Shown here in pieces: positions 11,830-24,244 of a DNA stretch of 60,000 nucleotides. A program made the position numbers and the translations under genes. Every line of letters starts with the position of its first letter. Positions within the stretch are counted from its first letter, which is position 1. The DNA is from Callorhinchus milii (taxonomy: Eukaryota): positions 30,010,001 to 30,070,000 of the forward strand of contig NW_024704743.1 of NCBI RefSeq assembly GCF_018977255.1, read 5' to 3'. Under the pieces are notes generated by a model that was given only the letters and a program-made list of their open reading frames with translations, did not search any database and was not told where the DNA came from.

Positions 11830-12265
11830 GAACATCAGATTCTGAGGTTGGTAAAACTCAATGCACTGCTCTCACCTCTGAAAATGTTGAGTGTCTCCCA
11901 CTACAGTAGCTGCTGGAGATCTAAGGACTGTTAGGTTAAAATAGTCTAGACTGACACTCCAGTACACTGCATTGTCGGAGGTGCCATCCTTTGAATGAAA
12001 CATTAAATCCAAGACCTGTTTACCTGTTTAAATGGACATTAAAGATCCCATGTCACTTTTCAAAAAAAAAAATTTTTTTTTCTTTCTGTGTCCTGGTCAA
12101 CAATCCGCTCAAGTAAGATTGGTCGTTCACTTCATGGCTGCTTGTGGGACAGTGTTATGCAGAAATTGGCTACCTTGTTCTCCTACAAAAATACAGTCAC
12201 TGCACTAATTCCTGTGAAGTGCAGTGTGAAAGGCGCTATATCAAATTCAAGGATTAGTATATTAT
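11830..12265 (+). mobile_element. DeuSINE, diverged copy
   Basis: ctagactgacactccagtac...tgcattgtcggaggtgccatcc...aaagatcccatg..., followed by the tail aaggcgctatatcaaattcaaggatta. Confidence 0.8.
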
Positions 12266-12664
12266 GAAATAACTGCTATAATATGTTGTAAGATCCAAAA
12301 GAAGTCTGTTAACTCAATGAGTGGTATACTTTATGTGCACTGTGATGGAAAGTTCATTAAATGTATCTTTTGATAAAACTACAAAATGTAAAGTTAAACT
12401 TTCTCTTAATTGCCTTTAACCTCTTCTGCTGGAAGGAATAACCTAAGTTACATTGGGAACTTTATTTGATTTGGGCACCTTAATTTGTACTCACACTCTT
12501 ACTGTAATAATTGGCTCCACTGTTAATGGCAGCAGATAAGTGGGGCCATAAAGCTATGGGAAGGGCTATCTTGTAAAACGGGGATTTTCAATATCTTTAT
12601 TATCAGAATCCCATTTTCAAAAATAACTAATGAAAATGTCACTATTTAGGCGATCATGAGAAGA

Positions 12665-12950
12665 TAATAATAATCATCCTTACATTTAGTAAAATGTAAA
12701 ATCAACTTTCACGTCAGGAGGATGTCCCAAAGCGCTTCAAAGGACATACTGTGAAGTGCAGCGACTGTATTTTGTGGGTGAATGCGGCAGCCAATTTGCA
12801 TGCAGCAATATCCTACAAAGTGAATTTCTCCCATTGTCCTGGCCAACAATCCCCCAAATAAAATTGGTCATTGACCCATAAAGTGAATGACCAATTTTAT
12901 TTGGTGGTATTGTTGGTCAGGACACTGGGAGAAATTCCCCTTTTATTAGC
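12665..12950 (-). mobile_element. DeuSINE 3' half containing an inverted duplication
   Basis: Tail on the minus strand at 12665-12820, then a 12822-12937 fold-back of DeuSINE body sequence. Confidence 0.75.
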
Positions 12951-13149
12951 AGAATAGAATGTTATCAAGCGTGTTGGCGGGAGGGGTGTTGTCAGAGGAT
13001 GATGGAGGAATAAACTGCTATCAGTTCACACAGGCTGAAAAACAAAAAAAAGTGAAATCATCTGTTATAGTGTTTTCCACCTCCCTGCCACCCAAAAGCA
13101 AAGTGTCAACTTGTGGGTCTATTTTGTGCCCTGAATACACCAGGTGCAA

Positions 13150-13553
13150 AGCATATCACAAGATTGGTTTGGATGAAGAAGGCCCATTGGCTCCTCTAAC
13201 ATCATCCTTCCAGAACATCCACCCTACTATTTCCCCCCACCCACCCCATCACTGCATCAACTGCTTTTTTTATGTATCCAGTGTCCTCCTGGCCTTAACC
13301 ACATTTCTGGCAACCTGCTTCATTCATTGATTATTCTGAATAAAGAAAAGCTTCCTCGTATCCGTCCTGAAATTACCCTTTGCAACTCTAAACCTATGTC
13401 TTCGTGTTCTGCTGCCTTAGTGCACCCTAAAGTACTATTCTGGTTTGAGTATTTGAATCCCAATTAAAAGTCTTATATTCCTCTCTCCGGTCCCATTGAA
13501 TCATCTTCTCTCAAGACTGAAGAGTTCTAGTTTGTCTAATCGTTACTCATATC
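13150..13553 (-). mobile_element. CR1 LINE 3' fragment, decayed
   Basis: Reverse complement resembles the CR1 ORF2 end (YE.RLDKLELFSLE.R, RTRRHRFRVAKG). Confidence 0.7.
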
Positions 13554-13770
13554 CTGGGCCAACAGAAAATTGAGCCTGCGATTTTTTCGTGGGATCCTGC
13601 TTTTTGCTCAGGTCCGGGCTCTGGTTCCTCTGTGTGCTTCTGTGGTGGATCGGCTCCGGACACACGTGCACGGTGGGTGTCAGGAACGCGGCAAAGCCAC
13701 TAGCAGGAAATGGGTTTCGCTCACCCTGAGGCGCCACTGTTGAGATTCTGTATTTCTCTCTTTCTGCCTA

Positions 13771-14088
13771 TATAATAATAATAATAATCCTTGCATTTGA
13801 TATAGCGCTTTACACGTCGGGAGGACGTCCCAAAGCGCTTCACAGAACACACTGTAAAGTGAATTGACTGTATATTTGTGGGCGAACGTGGCAGCCAATT
13901 GCGCACAGCAGTGTCCCACAAACAGTCGTAGATTGAAAATGACCAATTTATTATTGTTTTGTTTTGGAGGGATTATTATTAGGCGTGTGGAGTAAGGAAA
14001 CTTGGCCAAGGTTTCGCCCTGCCTGGAATTGAACTCAGGTCTCTCGCTTGCAAAGCGAGTGCTCTAACCACTGAGCTACAGGACTCCA
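13771..14088 (-). mobile_element. Young tRNA(Ala)-derived SINE, full length, short form
   Basis: Reverse complement is nearly identical to 728-1044, with an (ATT)n tail. Confidence 0.92.
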
Positions 14089-14089
14089 G

Positions 14090-14236
14090 ATGTGTGTGTG
14101 TGTATCTCTCCCTCTATGTCTCTGTCTGAGTGGGTTTGTTTGTGTCTGTCTGACTGTCTCTCTTTGTCTGGGTGTGCGCTTGTCTCTCTCTGTATCTGTG
14201 AGTGTGTGTGTCTCTCTCTCTGGGTATCTGTGTGTG
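14090..14236. repeat. Compound (GT)n/(CT)n low-complexity microsatellite
   Basis: tgtgtgtgtgtgtatctctccctctatgtctctgtctg... directly visible; explains ORFs 14076-14485. Confidence 0.9.
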
Positions 14237-14983
14237 GTGGCTGGACACGAGAGGCAGGAGGTGGTGACATGTTGGAGCCCCGCAGTCAGGACACTGGTGA
14301 GCATGGTGAGACATGCTGGTGTTCGGTGTATCTCCAGGCCTTCAAATATAGTGAAGGGTGGAAACGGATCACTCAGCCCTTCTCTGGTGTTTTTCCCCTC
14401 CCCCAAGTGGAACACCCAGGTTTTGTTAAAGAAAACATTAATAATGATGTTATTTCTTCATGTTTATTTTTTATCAATTAAATGAAAATAGGTAGGTGAG
14501 GGGTTAAGTATGCCTCTCAATAGCACCAATCAATTTATGCAACATTTGTCAAATTTCTCCACAATTTTTGGCAAACATTTTCAGAATTTTCCATTGGCCC
14601 TGCTCATAGCTTATAACAATTATGCACCATGTTTTTGTACGAGTATTGTGCACGATGTATGTGTAAAGGCACATGCACTGAGGAAATTACAGGTATCCTC
14701 AATTATGTCAATAACTATCAATGAAAGGCTTTATTAATTACAGAATTAATTGCACAATTAAAGGCATCTCCAGCTCCCTCTGTATGTGTGTGATGAGAAA
14801 TTCAACTGTGACACATCAAAAGTGTAATCTAGGGAAAAGCTTAAAAGATGCAGCACCTTTCTAATTACACCTATGGAGAAATTGTACAAAATGTAAAACC
14901 TGTTGATTACTTCTGATCTGCCGTTGAAGGATAAATTATGACAAATCTTTCAATTGTGTTAATTGAATAAAATTCAATAATTA

Positions 14984-15752
14984 TTGATAGGTGTGTTTAA
15001 AATTATGAAGAGGTTTGGTAAAGTGAACATAAATAGACTATTTCCACTTAAGAACATAAGAACTTGCTTGGTGAAAGAAGACCAAGATCCATCTAGTTCG
15101 ACTTCCACCATCCTGGCAGTCGCTCAACAAGTGTGCCAAAGTCTATGCTGCATCCTGAGATATTATTTTCTAGCAGAAATCTATCTGATTTATTCTTGAA
15201 AAAAAAAAGACATTTTCTGCTTCCACTGTCTCCCTAGGGAGCCGGTTCCATAAGTTTACTACTCACTCACTGTAGTAGTGTTTCCACAGATTTGTTCTGA
15301 ATTGCCCCCCTTCAAATACAGGCCGTGTCCTCTGGTTCTACTCTTCAGTACAAGATAAAACAGCTTGACATGGTCTACATTATTGGTTCCCTTCAGAATC
15401 TTAAAGATGTCAATCGTATCGCTCCTCAACCTTCTCTTCGAATGTGAACGTGCCCAGCTTATTGGTGAATCTGTAACAAGGGAGTGTAAATATGAGATGG
15501 CTATTAGCGGATCTAAAAGAGACTTTAGGAGGAATTTTACACAGAAAGTGGTGAGAACATGGAACTCACTGCCAGAAGCTATGGTTGAAGCACAAAGCTT
15601 CAGCATATTTGAGAGGAAACTTGAAGCATGTATGAGAGATATGGAATAGTGTATGAGGATGATTAGGATGGGTGGAGGCTTTTGTGGAGTATAAGCACAG
15701 GCATGGATAAGTTGGGCCGAATGTTCTGCTTTGCTGCTGTAGATTCTATGTT
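14984..15752 (+). mobile_element. CR1 LINE 3' end (+) interrupted by an inverted CR1 3' end (about 15051-15456, -)
   Basis: The + peptide IGVFKIMKRFGKVNINRLFPL resumes at about 15460 as IGESVTRECKYE...NFTQKVVRTWNSLP. The insert encodes RRLRSDTIDIFKILKG...SRTRGH on the minus strand. ctta occurs on both sides (possible TSD). Confidence 0.85.
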
Positions 15753-16960
15753 ATTGAATGTAATTTGCTTACTGTTCACATTATTTTATACCAGTCTCGC
15801 CAACTAAGTGCTTTAAAATAGACCTAGGATGCAACTTTTTTTTATTGAAATAAATGAAACTCGCAAAACAATCTGGAGATAATATTTATAATTATAATAA
15901 TCATTGTATTTGGTATAGTGCCTTATCACGATTTTGAGACATCTCAAAGTGCTTCACAGGATACAGTGTAAAGTATGTATTTTGTAGGTGAAATGCGGCA
16001 GCCAGTTGCGCATAGCAATGTCTCACAAACAGCCATGGAGTGAGCGACCATGCAGAAACTCATCACCATGCTTATAAGCATACCAACTAAAGTTTAATGC
16101 ATCCCAGCTACACGTGGACATTCCAGAAATGTTTATTGGAATGGAATGTGCACTGTCTCCCCGAAGGGACGCATCCTACTTACCTAATTCTGGAAAGTAT
16201 TAGGCAAAGGTCAAGAGCCAAGGCTTGGAAACCTCAGAGTATGTGTTGGGGTACTGCTGGAGTCTAATCAGCTAAAACTGGACTGCTTGTCCAACTAGGA
16301 CCACTCTTACCCATTAGGGCTTTGGCATGTAGTGTTAAATACTGAGTGGGAAGAGTCCCAAACCCCCTGTGACTGGTCTGTCTTTCCAGGTCCTGCTGAT
16401 GCACCAAGCAGGGTGTGCTTTCATCAGCAATGCCCTGAATTACTGTGTGCCCACTTGGCTTAGGAGCTAGACTACCAAGATTGCCACAGAGGGTTGGCTG
16501 GATTCCGACATTCCGTTGCCAAACACTGCACGTAATACATGTGGAACACTGTCTTTGTGAATACACTGCACGTAGGTGCCTTTCACCTTTAAAATTAGGA
16601 ATGCTGGGATGGGAGTTAGTTTCTCGATTGAACTTTGTGCTTCTTGCCTGAGTGCAGATGACAAGGCAGATGATACAGTGAGGGCTTACAAGTTCAAGGA
16701 CTGACAAGTTCGCCAGTTGTATAAAAACATTGGTATCTGCACTCTTGTTGCAGATACCAATCAATCAGGTAAAATGGGATCTTGTCCCCTCTATTCCCCA
16801 TAATTTTCCCCATCATCCCTCCTCTTCCCCTCCACCCAATTTAAAGACAGAATTGTATGGTAATGTTTGCTGGCCTTTCGGATGGTTTAGAAGCAGTAGT
16901 GGTACCCAAACTGGCATTTTAGCCAGTCACCTTCAGGATGTTTGACATGGCTATGATTGT

Positions 16961-16962
<2 letters not shown>

Positions 16963-16993
<31 letters not shown>

Positions 16994-17373
16994 TTTCTTG
17001 CAAGGATTATTATTATTGTTTGATATAGCACCTTATCATGTCTTTGAGATGTCTCAAAGCATTTCACAGAATACACTGTAAAGTGAATTGATTGTATATT
17101 TTGTGGGCAAAACACAGTGGCCAATTGCACACAGCAGTGTCCCACAAACAGTAGTGGATTGAAGCGACCAATTTATTATTTTTAATATTTTAAGGAATTA
17201 TTGCCCCCAGAAAAGCAATCCGGCAAACGACTAACAGCCGGGTTTCTACTTACTGCTAAGCAAACAGACGCGTGTGGAGTAAGGAAACTTGCCCAACATT
17301 TAGTCCTGCCAGGAATCAAACCCAGGTCTCTCGATTGCGAGGCGAGTGCTCTAACCATTGAGCTACAGGACTC
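16963..17373 (-). mobile_element. tRNA(Ala)-derived SINE, long form
   Basis: Head at 17300-17373; extra middle segment (gtctgtttgcttagcagtaagtagaaacccggctgttagtcg on the minus strand); tail with (AAT)n. Confidence 0.88.
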
Positions 17374-17391
17374 GACTATGAGTATTTGAGC

Positions 17392-17405
17392 GTTACCATG
17401 GTAAG
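17392..17405. promoter_or_regulatory. Candidate RFX X-box (near-palindromic)
   Basis: GTTACCATGGTAAG, one mismatch from the palindromic X-box GTTACCATGGTAAC. Motif match only. Confidence 0.35.
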
Positions 17406-17631
17406 CTAATCAAGCAGAGGTTACTCAAGTGTTTCAGTATGTGCTAAAATATCACTGCTGAATGTGGCCATTATTGTACACTCAAGGTCACACTGTAATC
17501 CCAAAGATTTAGAGCTTGAAAACTGCAATCATTATTTATTGTACCATATTTTTCAATTTCTGTAGGTTTTGTAAAGCGACTTTATGTAACAACATTTAAG
17601 ATATTTGATTATTTCACTTAATTTCTTCTAG

Positions 17632-17778
17632 GCTTCATACGTTGGATGGACGATCCATCAGTGATGGCACAGAACTGGAAAATGGAAGTTTTTATGTAGC
17701 TGTGGGCAGTGACAAATTCAAGAGGTTGCCGTATAGTGAATTGCTTTTCAATAAGTCATTCCCAAGAAGATCTAATGG
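17632..17778 (+). CDS. DCDC2: DCDC2 internal coding exon (exon 5 equivalent), C-half of second DCX domain LHTLDGRSISDGTELENGSFYVAVGSDKFKRLPYSELLFNKSFPRRSN(G)
   Basis: tttcttctag acceptor and gtatga donor; 147 nt, phase 2 to 2. Contains the DCX motifs L.TLDG, ELENG.FYVAVG and FK.LPY. Confidence 0.95.
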
Positions 17779-18494
17779 GTATGAGTACTGCTTAAAATAG
17801 CACTGCTGAAAAGTTTTTATAAAGTGGATAGTTTTGTAATAATAATCCATGCATTTAATATAGCGTATTTTATGTCAGGAGGACATCTCAAAGTACCGTA
17901 AAGTGTAGTGACTGTGTATTTTGTTGGTGAATGCGACTGAAATCTCTCTCATTCATATTTGCAATGATGAATTTCAGTTCAATTCAACATGATGGTATTT
18001 CTCCTACGATGTACCTTAGGTCATCCTGAAAGTTATACCAGTCTGGTGCATACACGAGATTGGATTCCAACCCTGAATGAAGGTTGTTTACTCAGATAGA
18101 CAGCTGCTGAAGTATGGCCAACACAAACTCCTCAGTCTTGAATACTATAAATAAATGGTTCTGTATAGAATAATACAGAGTGCAATGAGCACAAGATTCC
18201 CAGCAAAAAAATGATAAGATGCTAACTCTTTGTTCTCACATAGCTGGTGTCTTTAGTCACAAGTAAGAGATCTGTGCTCCTTTTCATTCTCTGCTTGTTA
18301 TGTTCTCCAACAATAACATTTCCCCGGAGTTCTGCTTCCAATTTATTTGTTGTATATGCTTTCATTCCTTTTACTAATCTCCCTGAGTCCTAAGTTTTTT
18401 CAGGCACATATATTCAGGAACAACAATTTGCATTTATTTACCCCCTTTCACATTGGGAACACAATGTGTTTGACGCGACTGAGAGCCTGAAATA

Positions 18495-18890
18495 CAATAC
18501 AATATTACATTTGTATAGTGCCTTTCATGTCGGGGGGATGTCCCAAGGTGCTGGACAGTCAGGGATTTAGACCTGAGCATGGGGAGGGGTTGGGATAAGA
18601 GAGGGTGAAGGGCAGGGAGGGTAGGAGGGTTGCTGAGGACGGTCGAAAGGAGGTCTTGAAACATGCCTTGAAAAAGGCGAGGAGGGAGCGAGGTGAAGGG
18701 AATGTGGAATGGAATTCCAAAGGGTGGGGTCAGAGAGGCTGGAGGCCTGATCGCCGATGGTGGACTGGGCGCGAGATGTGGAACAGGCTGGAGCTTGTTG
18801 AGCGGAGATGGGGTGGGGGGCAAAAGCACATTCGAATAGGTAGGTTCTTGAGGCTGGTTTTGAAGGAGGGGAGGGAAGGGGAAAGGCAGG
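18495..18890 (-). mobile_element. L2 LINE 3' end fragments
   Basis: 3' hairpin and tail at 18500-18560; peptides similar to SLPSFKTSLK and APTLWNSIP on the minus strand. Confidence 0.85.
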
Positions 18891-18891
18891 G

Positions 18892-18971
18892 GACTTCCGT
18901 GAAAATTCTCACATTCTTCTTTCTACGACTATTGTCTTAGAATGAAGAATGTGAGAATTTTCACGGAAGTC
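18892..18971. repeat. Near-perfect 80-bp palindrome (28-bp perfect stem)
   Basis: gacttccgtgaaaattctcacattcttc (18892-18919) is the exact reverse complement of 18944-18971. Confidence 0.95.
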
Positions 18972-19009
18972 TTAAAATTTAAGGTTGTCGAGCCTCAAAA
19001 ACCTACCTA

Positions 19010-19803
19010 TTCACCTAGGTAGCAAAAACAGTAGAGCGGGTTATTTTTTAGAAGGGGAGAGATTAGAATGTGTTAGCGTTCAGAGGGACTTGGGTGTCCT
19101 TGTACACCAATCACAGAAAGTTAGTCTGCAGGTGCAGCAGCAATTAGGAAGGCGAACGGTATGTTAGCATTCAATATGAAAGGATTAGAGTATAAGAGTA
19201 GGGAAGTCTTGCTGCAACTGTATAGGGCCCTGGTGAGACCACACCTGGAATACTGTGTGCAGTTTTGGGCTCCTTATTTAAGGAAGGATGTACTTGCCTT
19301 GGAGGGGGTGCAGCGTAGATTTATTAGGTTAGTACCAGGGATGAAGGGGATGAGTTACGAGGATAGGCTGACCAATTTGGGACTATATTCTCTAGAATAT
19401 ACAAGAATTAGAGGGGATCTTATGGAAACCTATAAGATCATCAAAGGGCATGATAGAGTAGATAGTGGGAGATTGTTTCCCCTGGTTGGAGAAACTAAAA
19501 CCAGGGGTCACAACCTTAAAATCAGAGGCCAGCCCTTTCACACTGAGTTGAGGAAGAACTTCTTCACTCAAAACGTGGTGAATATATGGAACTCACTCCC
19601 CCAAAGGGCTGTTGACGCTCAGTCCTTGAACATATTCAAGACTGAGATAGATAGATTTCTTATTGCAAAAGGGATTAAGGGATATGGGGATAAGGCAGGG
19701 TCAGGTTATTAGCTGGAGTTAGATTAGAAGATCAGCCATGATTGAATGGTGGGGCAGGCTCGAAGGGCCGAATGGCCTACTCCTGCTCCTACGTGTTATG
19801 TTA
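19010..19803 (+). mobile_element. CR1 LINE 3' end, young, with an uninterrupted 183-aa ORF2 C-terminus
   Basis: ORF 19161..19712 (LYRALVRPHLEYCVQFWAPY...TRGHNLKI...NFFTQNVVNIWNSLP), followed by the CR1 3' UTR hairpin ggggcaggctcgaagggccgaatggcctactcctgctcc. Confidence 0.95.
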
Positions 19804-20415
19804 ATTTGGGAAAATTCTTAACTGCAGTCTTTAATCTAGAATCTGATTTTCCAAATGAATACTGAGTGTAAGAATTCTAAATTTAAATTTATATATTGCA
19901 ATTTTAATCTTAAGGTTACCACAAGGAATTTCAGGCCTCCAGAAACCTGTTCTGCACTAAGGCTGCTTTGTAGCTAGCGATTGGGAAATGGAGGATGAAT
20001 GAACCGTAGTTATGTCCCTATGATTTTCCCCCCACCCCCCCGACCCTGTCTCTGAAAGAAAATGCTTGGTCTTAAATCTCAACCTGAGCTGCCATCAAAA
20101 GTCTTGCTTTCTCAAATGAACATGATCACAGATGAGATTAGGAATTCACCTTGCAGTAAATTGCTCGAGGAAGTCTCCAAGCAACTACGTAACTGACGTC
20201 CTAACATCTAACGTACCACTTCAGAAGATAATTGGATCCCTATTTTATCTCATCCTTTATCTGTTTTCACTGAAACCAAAATGGTTAAATATGCAGATGT
20301 AATTGTCTGGTTGAGATTCAGTAAAAGACTAATACATCATTAAAACATTATTATTTTATAATGAAAATAGTGCAATACTGATTCCACTGGTTTATGTTTG
20401 ATTTTTTTATCTTAG

Positions 20416-20470
20416 GTCCAAAGCAGCATCACTTCCACCCATCCCTGGATCTAAGAAGTCTAAAGAAAAT
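20416..20470 (+). CDS. DCDC2: DCDC2 internal coding exon (exon 6 equivalent), SKAASLPPIPGSKKSKEN
   Basis: tttttatcttag acceptor and gtgagt donor; 55 nt, phase 2 to 0. Matches human QKASSLPPIVGSRKSKGS (recalled), which supports DCDC2 rather than DCDC2B/C. Confidence 0.92.
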
Positions 20471-21074
20471 GTGAGTTGCTTTGAGATTTGTGCTATGTAA
20501 TGCTTGGCATCTAATGTTTGGTGTGCTGATGCCATTGGAATCTTTGTCAATGATCCACTGAAAAATGATCTGTTTCTGTTGAGCTGAATTTTAAATGCAG
20601 CTGGAAACTAAAATGTTTTTGCATTAACTGGTGCATTGGAATCATTAAAAGACAATAGCAATTTACATTTATGTAATGACTTTCATGTTGGGAAGACATA
20701 TGAAAGTGCTTCACACAGCCCCTTGCCTGGTCGTGGTGGTGGTGGGTGGGAGGAGAGAGAGAGGGAAAGATGCCCAAAAGTGCGATCAAAAGATTAGAAC
20801 TTGTTTTTAATGTAGTGGCCCTAGTCAGCTTCCCTTCAAACCATGTCACAAGTACAACTGAGAAAGGAGGCAGGCAAGTTCCCCCTCCTGTCATTGCAGC
20901 TCTTGCGTTGCAGCTCTGAGAGTAAGTCTGGCAATGATTTGCCCTCTTAATTTTTCTCCGTCACCCCATTGTTTGTTCTCCACTTTCCATAGCAGAGTGC
21001 ATAAGATTAACATTATAGTCAACACTATACTGAACAGTATAACTAGATCATACGGCCTGTGATTGACGTGGGGT

Positions 21075-21335
21075 AAAATCAAAACAAATCTGCCGAAACT
21101 CTACTTCAGTGAGCGAGTAGTAAACATATGGAACAGGCTCCCTAGGGAGACAGAAGCAGAAAGTGTTGATTCTTTCAAGAATAAATTAGATAGATTTATG
21201 TTAGGAAATAATATCTTGGAATACAGTATATAGTTTGAAACGTGACATGTGCATGCGACTACCAGGTTGGTGGAAGACGAACTGGGTGGACCTTAGTCTT
21301 CTTTCATCTAGCAATTGTGATGTTCTTATGTTCTT
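21075..21335 (+). mobile_element. CR1 LINE 3' fragment
   Basis: YFSERVVNIWNRLP...FKNKLDRFM peptide and a (TTCTTATG)-type tail. Confidence 0.75.
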
Positions 21336-24244
21336 GACGCAGGGGATGAACACGCTTTTTGACACTCAGGGATACTCTGTGCTGGAGCTCTGCAGTGCTG
21401 CTGCAAAGTTGTAATTCAGTCAAACTATTTAGAAGATATCTTAGATAGGGAACAATTAATAGATTTTTATCTAAATCCTAATTTACTGCAGCTGTGACAT
21501 CTGTTGCTGTTCTTATAATATATACAGTAGGACTCCATTATACTGAGCTTTGTTATAATGTGGGTTTGCACACACAGCCCGCAGAAAATGTCAGTACAGA
21601 CACGATGACCCAGAAGTCATTCGTTTTTTATGCAGATACTGTCTGGCGCACAGTGGAAGTGCTAAATGGCAATCATGCCCTATTATAGTTGTGATTTTAT
21701 GGGCTGGTTGGGATTTTTTAGATCTGTTGTATGTTTTGCTACACCAGTATGTTATACCACGTCAGTGTATATTCCGTTGTTTGTCTATGAATTACTGAAA
21801 TCTCAGGAGATAATAACCTAACTAAATTTTAAACACCTCCTGGTGACCAACTGAAAATAGTGATTTTTCTTTGCACTACGTCTTCCTAAAGAAAAATTCC
21901 ATTAAAAAGATGTAGCAAAGTAAATGCTACTTTAATGATCGGCCTCCGTTAAACTCCTCAGAGTGCACCCCATCACATTTGTATTCATTTTAATGTCTTT
22001 CACGTCAGGAGGATGTCTGAAAGTGCTTCACAGGATGTACTGTGAAGTGTATTTTGTGGGTGAATATGGGCATATATTGGTTATGCTCCTGTTTTTTCTC
22101 TTCTATCAGCATTGGGATTATGATTTTGTACCCACTTGGCCACACTACAGAAACTGTAACAAAGTGAGGTGGTCAGTGCTCATCATTTTGCGCAGTGATA
22201 TTCCAGGTGAAATTTTGCTGATTCAGTACTGATCAGAACTTGAACCTGCAATGTAATGATTTGTATGGCTTAATGTTGACCAGGTGTTGCTTTTAGCCTC
22301 ACTTTAATTGTGATTGGAATTTGCCACGTGTCGGAGATATTTAAAAAAAATGCATTAAAGATTTTAAAAAATTTACTTGGTGAACTGCATGATTCACATA
22401 TAACCATAGGTTCATAGACAGTCTAGAACAACGAAGGGGGCCCATCACATCAATCTTGTGCCCACTCTCTCACTGGAGTTATTGCACTAATCCTATTCTG
22501 CTGGGGACAGAATACAGCTGAATGAGATTGTTACTGGATACCTTGTGTATCAGTTATATGATGTCTCTTCTTGATGTCCAGCAAAAATATAGTTTGGCCC
22601 TTCTATTATTTTCATCTATCCTGGAAGTTACATGTTGAAAAAAAATAGAGTTTAAAAAGACTAGCCTGCATGCATGAGCCATTTACCTGTTTGGCTGTGT
22701 GCTTGCACATGCATTGTTTTGAAGGTGTTTTTAAAGCCATGTATCTTTTATGACTTGGCCACTTTCATTGCAGGTGAAACTGGTTTGGGTTTCACTACAG
22801 ATTAAAGTTAGCAATGTAAACCCTGCTGGCCGAAAGGATGTTATAAATAATATATATGTCAATTCTGTAACTTCTGGTACATAAGCTTGGGGTTAAAACT
22901 CGATGGACTTCCAGTGATTGAATCACCACTGTTATTTCTTCCATGAGGATGTTATTGTTTCTCAGATACATGTAACGCCACATTACTGGTAGTTCACTGC
23001 AGGGAAAGAGTGCGTGTCCTCTAGTGAGGCTCATCTATGCCATGCTGACGGCTGAGACTTCAGCTCAGATCAGAGAGCCTCTGGTGGCAGAGGTTATACA
23101 AGTTGCGGTGACAAACACAGGCTTCCCTGTTGCAGATGCAGTTTAATTATCAAGGCATTGTCTCTGATGGACAGGTGCCTGTAACAATTTCCTGACTAAC
23201 ATTTTTCAATCCCAATGTTTGTCATGATAACTACATTCCCCCCCCACCCATCTCATCAGCAGAAACAGATACCAGGAACTCAATAGGACTGGGAGTTAAA
23301 TTGTCCTTCCCATCATTGCCAAGACAAACACGAGAATAAAGATGTACATTCTAATTATTAAGGGCCAAAGTGTTTTCAAGGCATAATCTCATTGCTTTGT
23401 TTAATGAGACTCTTAAGACACCAGTGACGAGGACTTTACATTTTGACTTCATCTGAACCCTGAGATGAGATTTTCTCGCAATCACACAGGTATCCATTAT
23501 GTGTCTATATATAAACATAAAAGGGCTAATCAAGAACAGGGATGCACCTCGAGGAGATTGATTTTAAATGAAAACAGATTGTTTGAGCTCTTCTCGGAGC
23601 ATGGTGCATACAGGTAGCAGAAAGCTGGGAGGTCTTGGATTTGAAACCACTGGGTCTGGGCCGAATGTCCTATCTCAACTGGGGCAGCAAATAGTCTCAT
23701 CATCCCTGGTTTGGGGTGGAAATAATCAGATTGTTTAGGCAACTGATTGCTGTCCAGAGATCCCAATGGAGGGCGAGTGGAAATCGGGCAACGACAGTAG
23801 TACGTTCAAAAGTGATGCCTCCTACCCCTCCCTCCTGTGATTGAAAAATTGCCATCCCTCACTGTCAAGATGTCAATTCTGACGCCTTGATTGAAAGATT
23901 GTGTGCTATTTTGGGCAGCCAACTTTCAAAAAGAGATTTGGTGTACAAACGAGATAATTCTGGCATTCAATACTCCTACAAACCGTGGTGAGAAACTCAC
24001 AGTAAATTAGCCTGCTTTGGGTGAAAAGAAAATTGTGAGAGGAGTCACGATACAAACTTTTAAAGCGCTGGGAGGAATAGAAAATGCAAAGGATTCAAGC
24101 TGCTTATTTAACAAGGACTTTGAGTATAAAAGTACCAAAACCACAAAGAACTAGAGATCAGAAGATATTCATAGAGCAGTAATCATTTAGAACAGGCTCG
24201 CAAGCAAAAATAGTTTTAGAATTAGGAATATTCAGGGAAACCAT

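Noticed and set aside
14035..14485. Overlapping 126-131 aa ORFs
   Set aside because: Artefacts of the GT/CT microsatellite, which lacks stop codons.
19161..19712. 183-aa intact ORF as a nested or domesticated gene
   Set aside because: CR1 ORF2 C-terminus followed by the CR1 3' UTR; its intactness is explained by young age.
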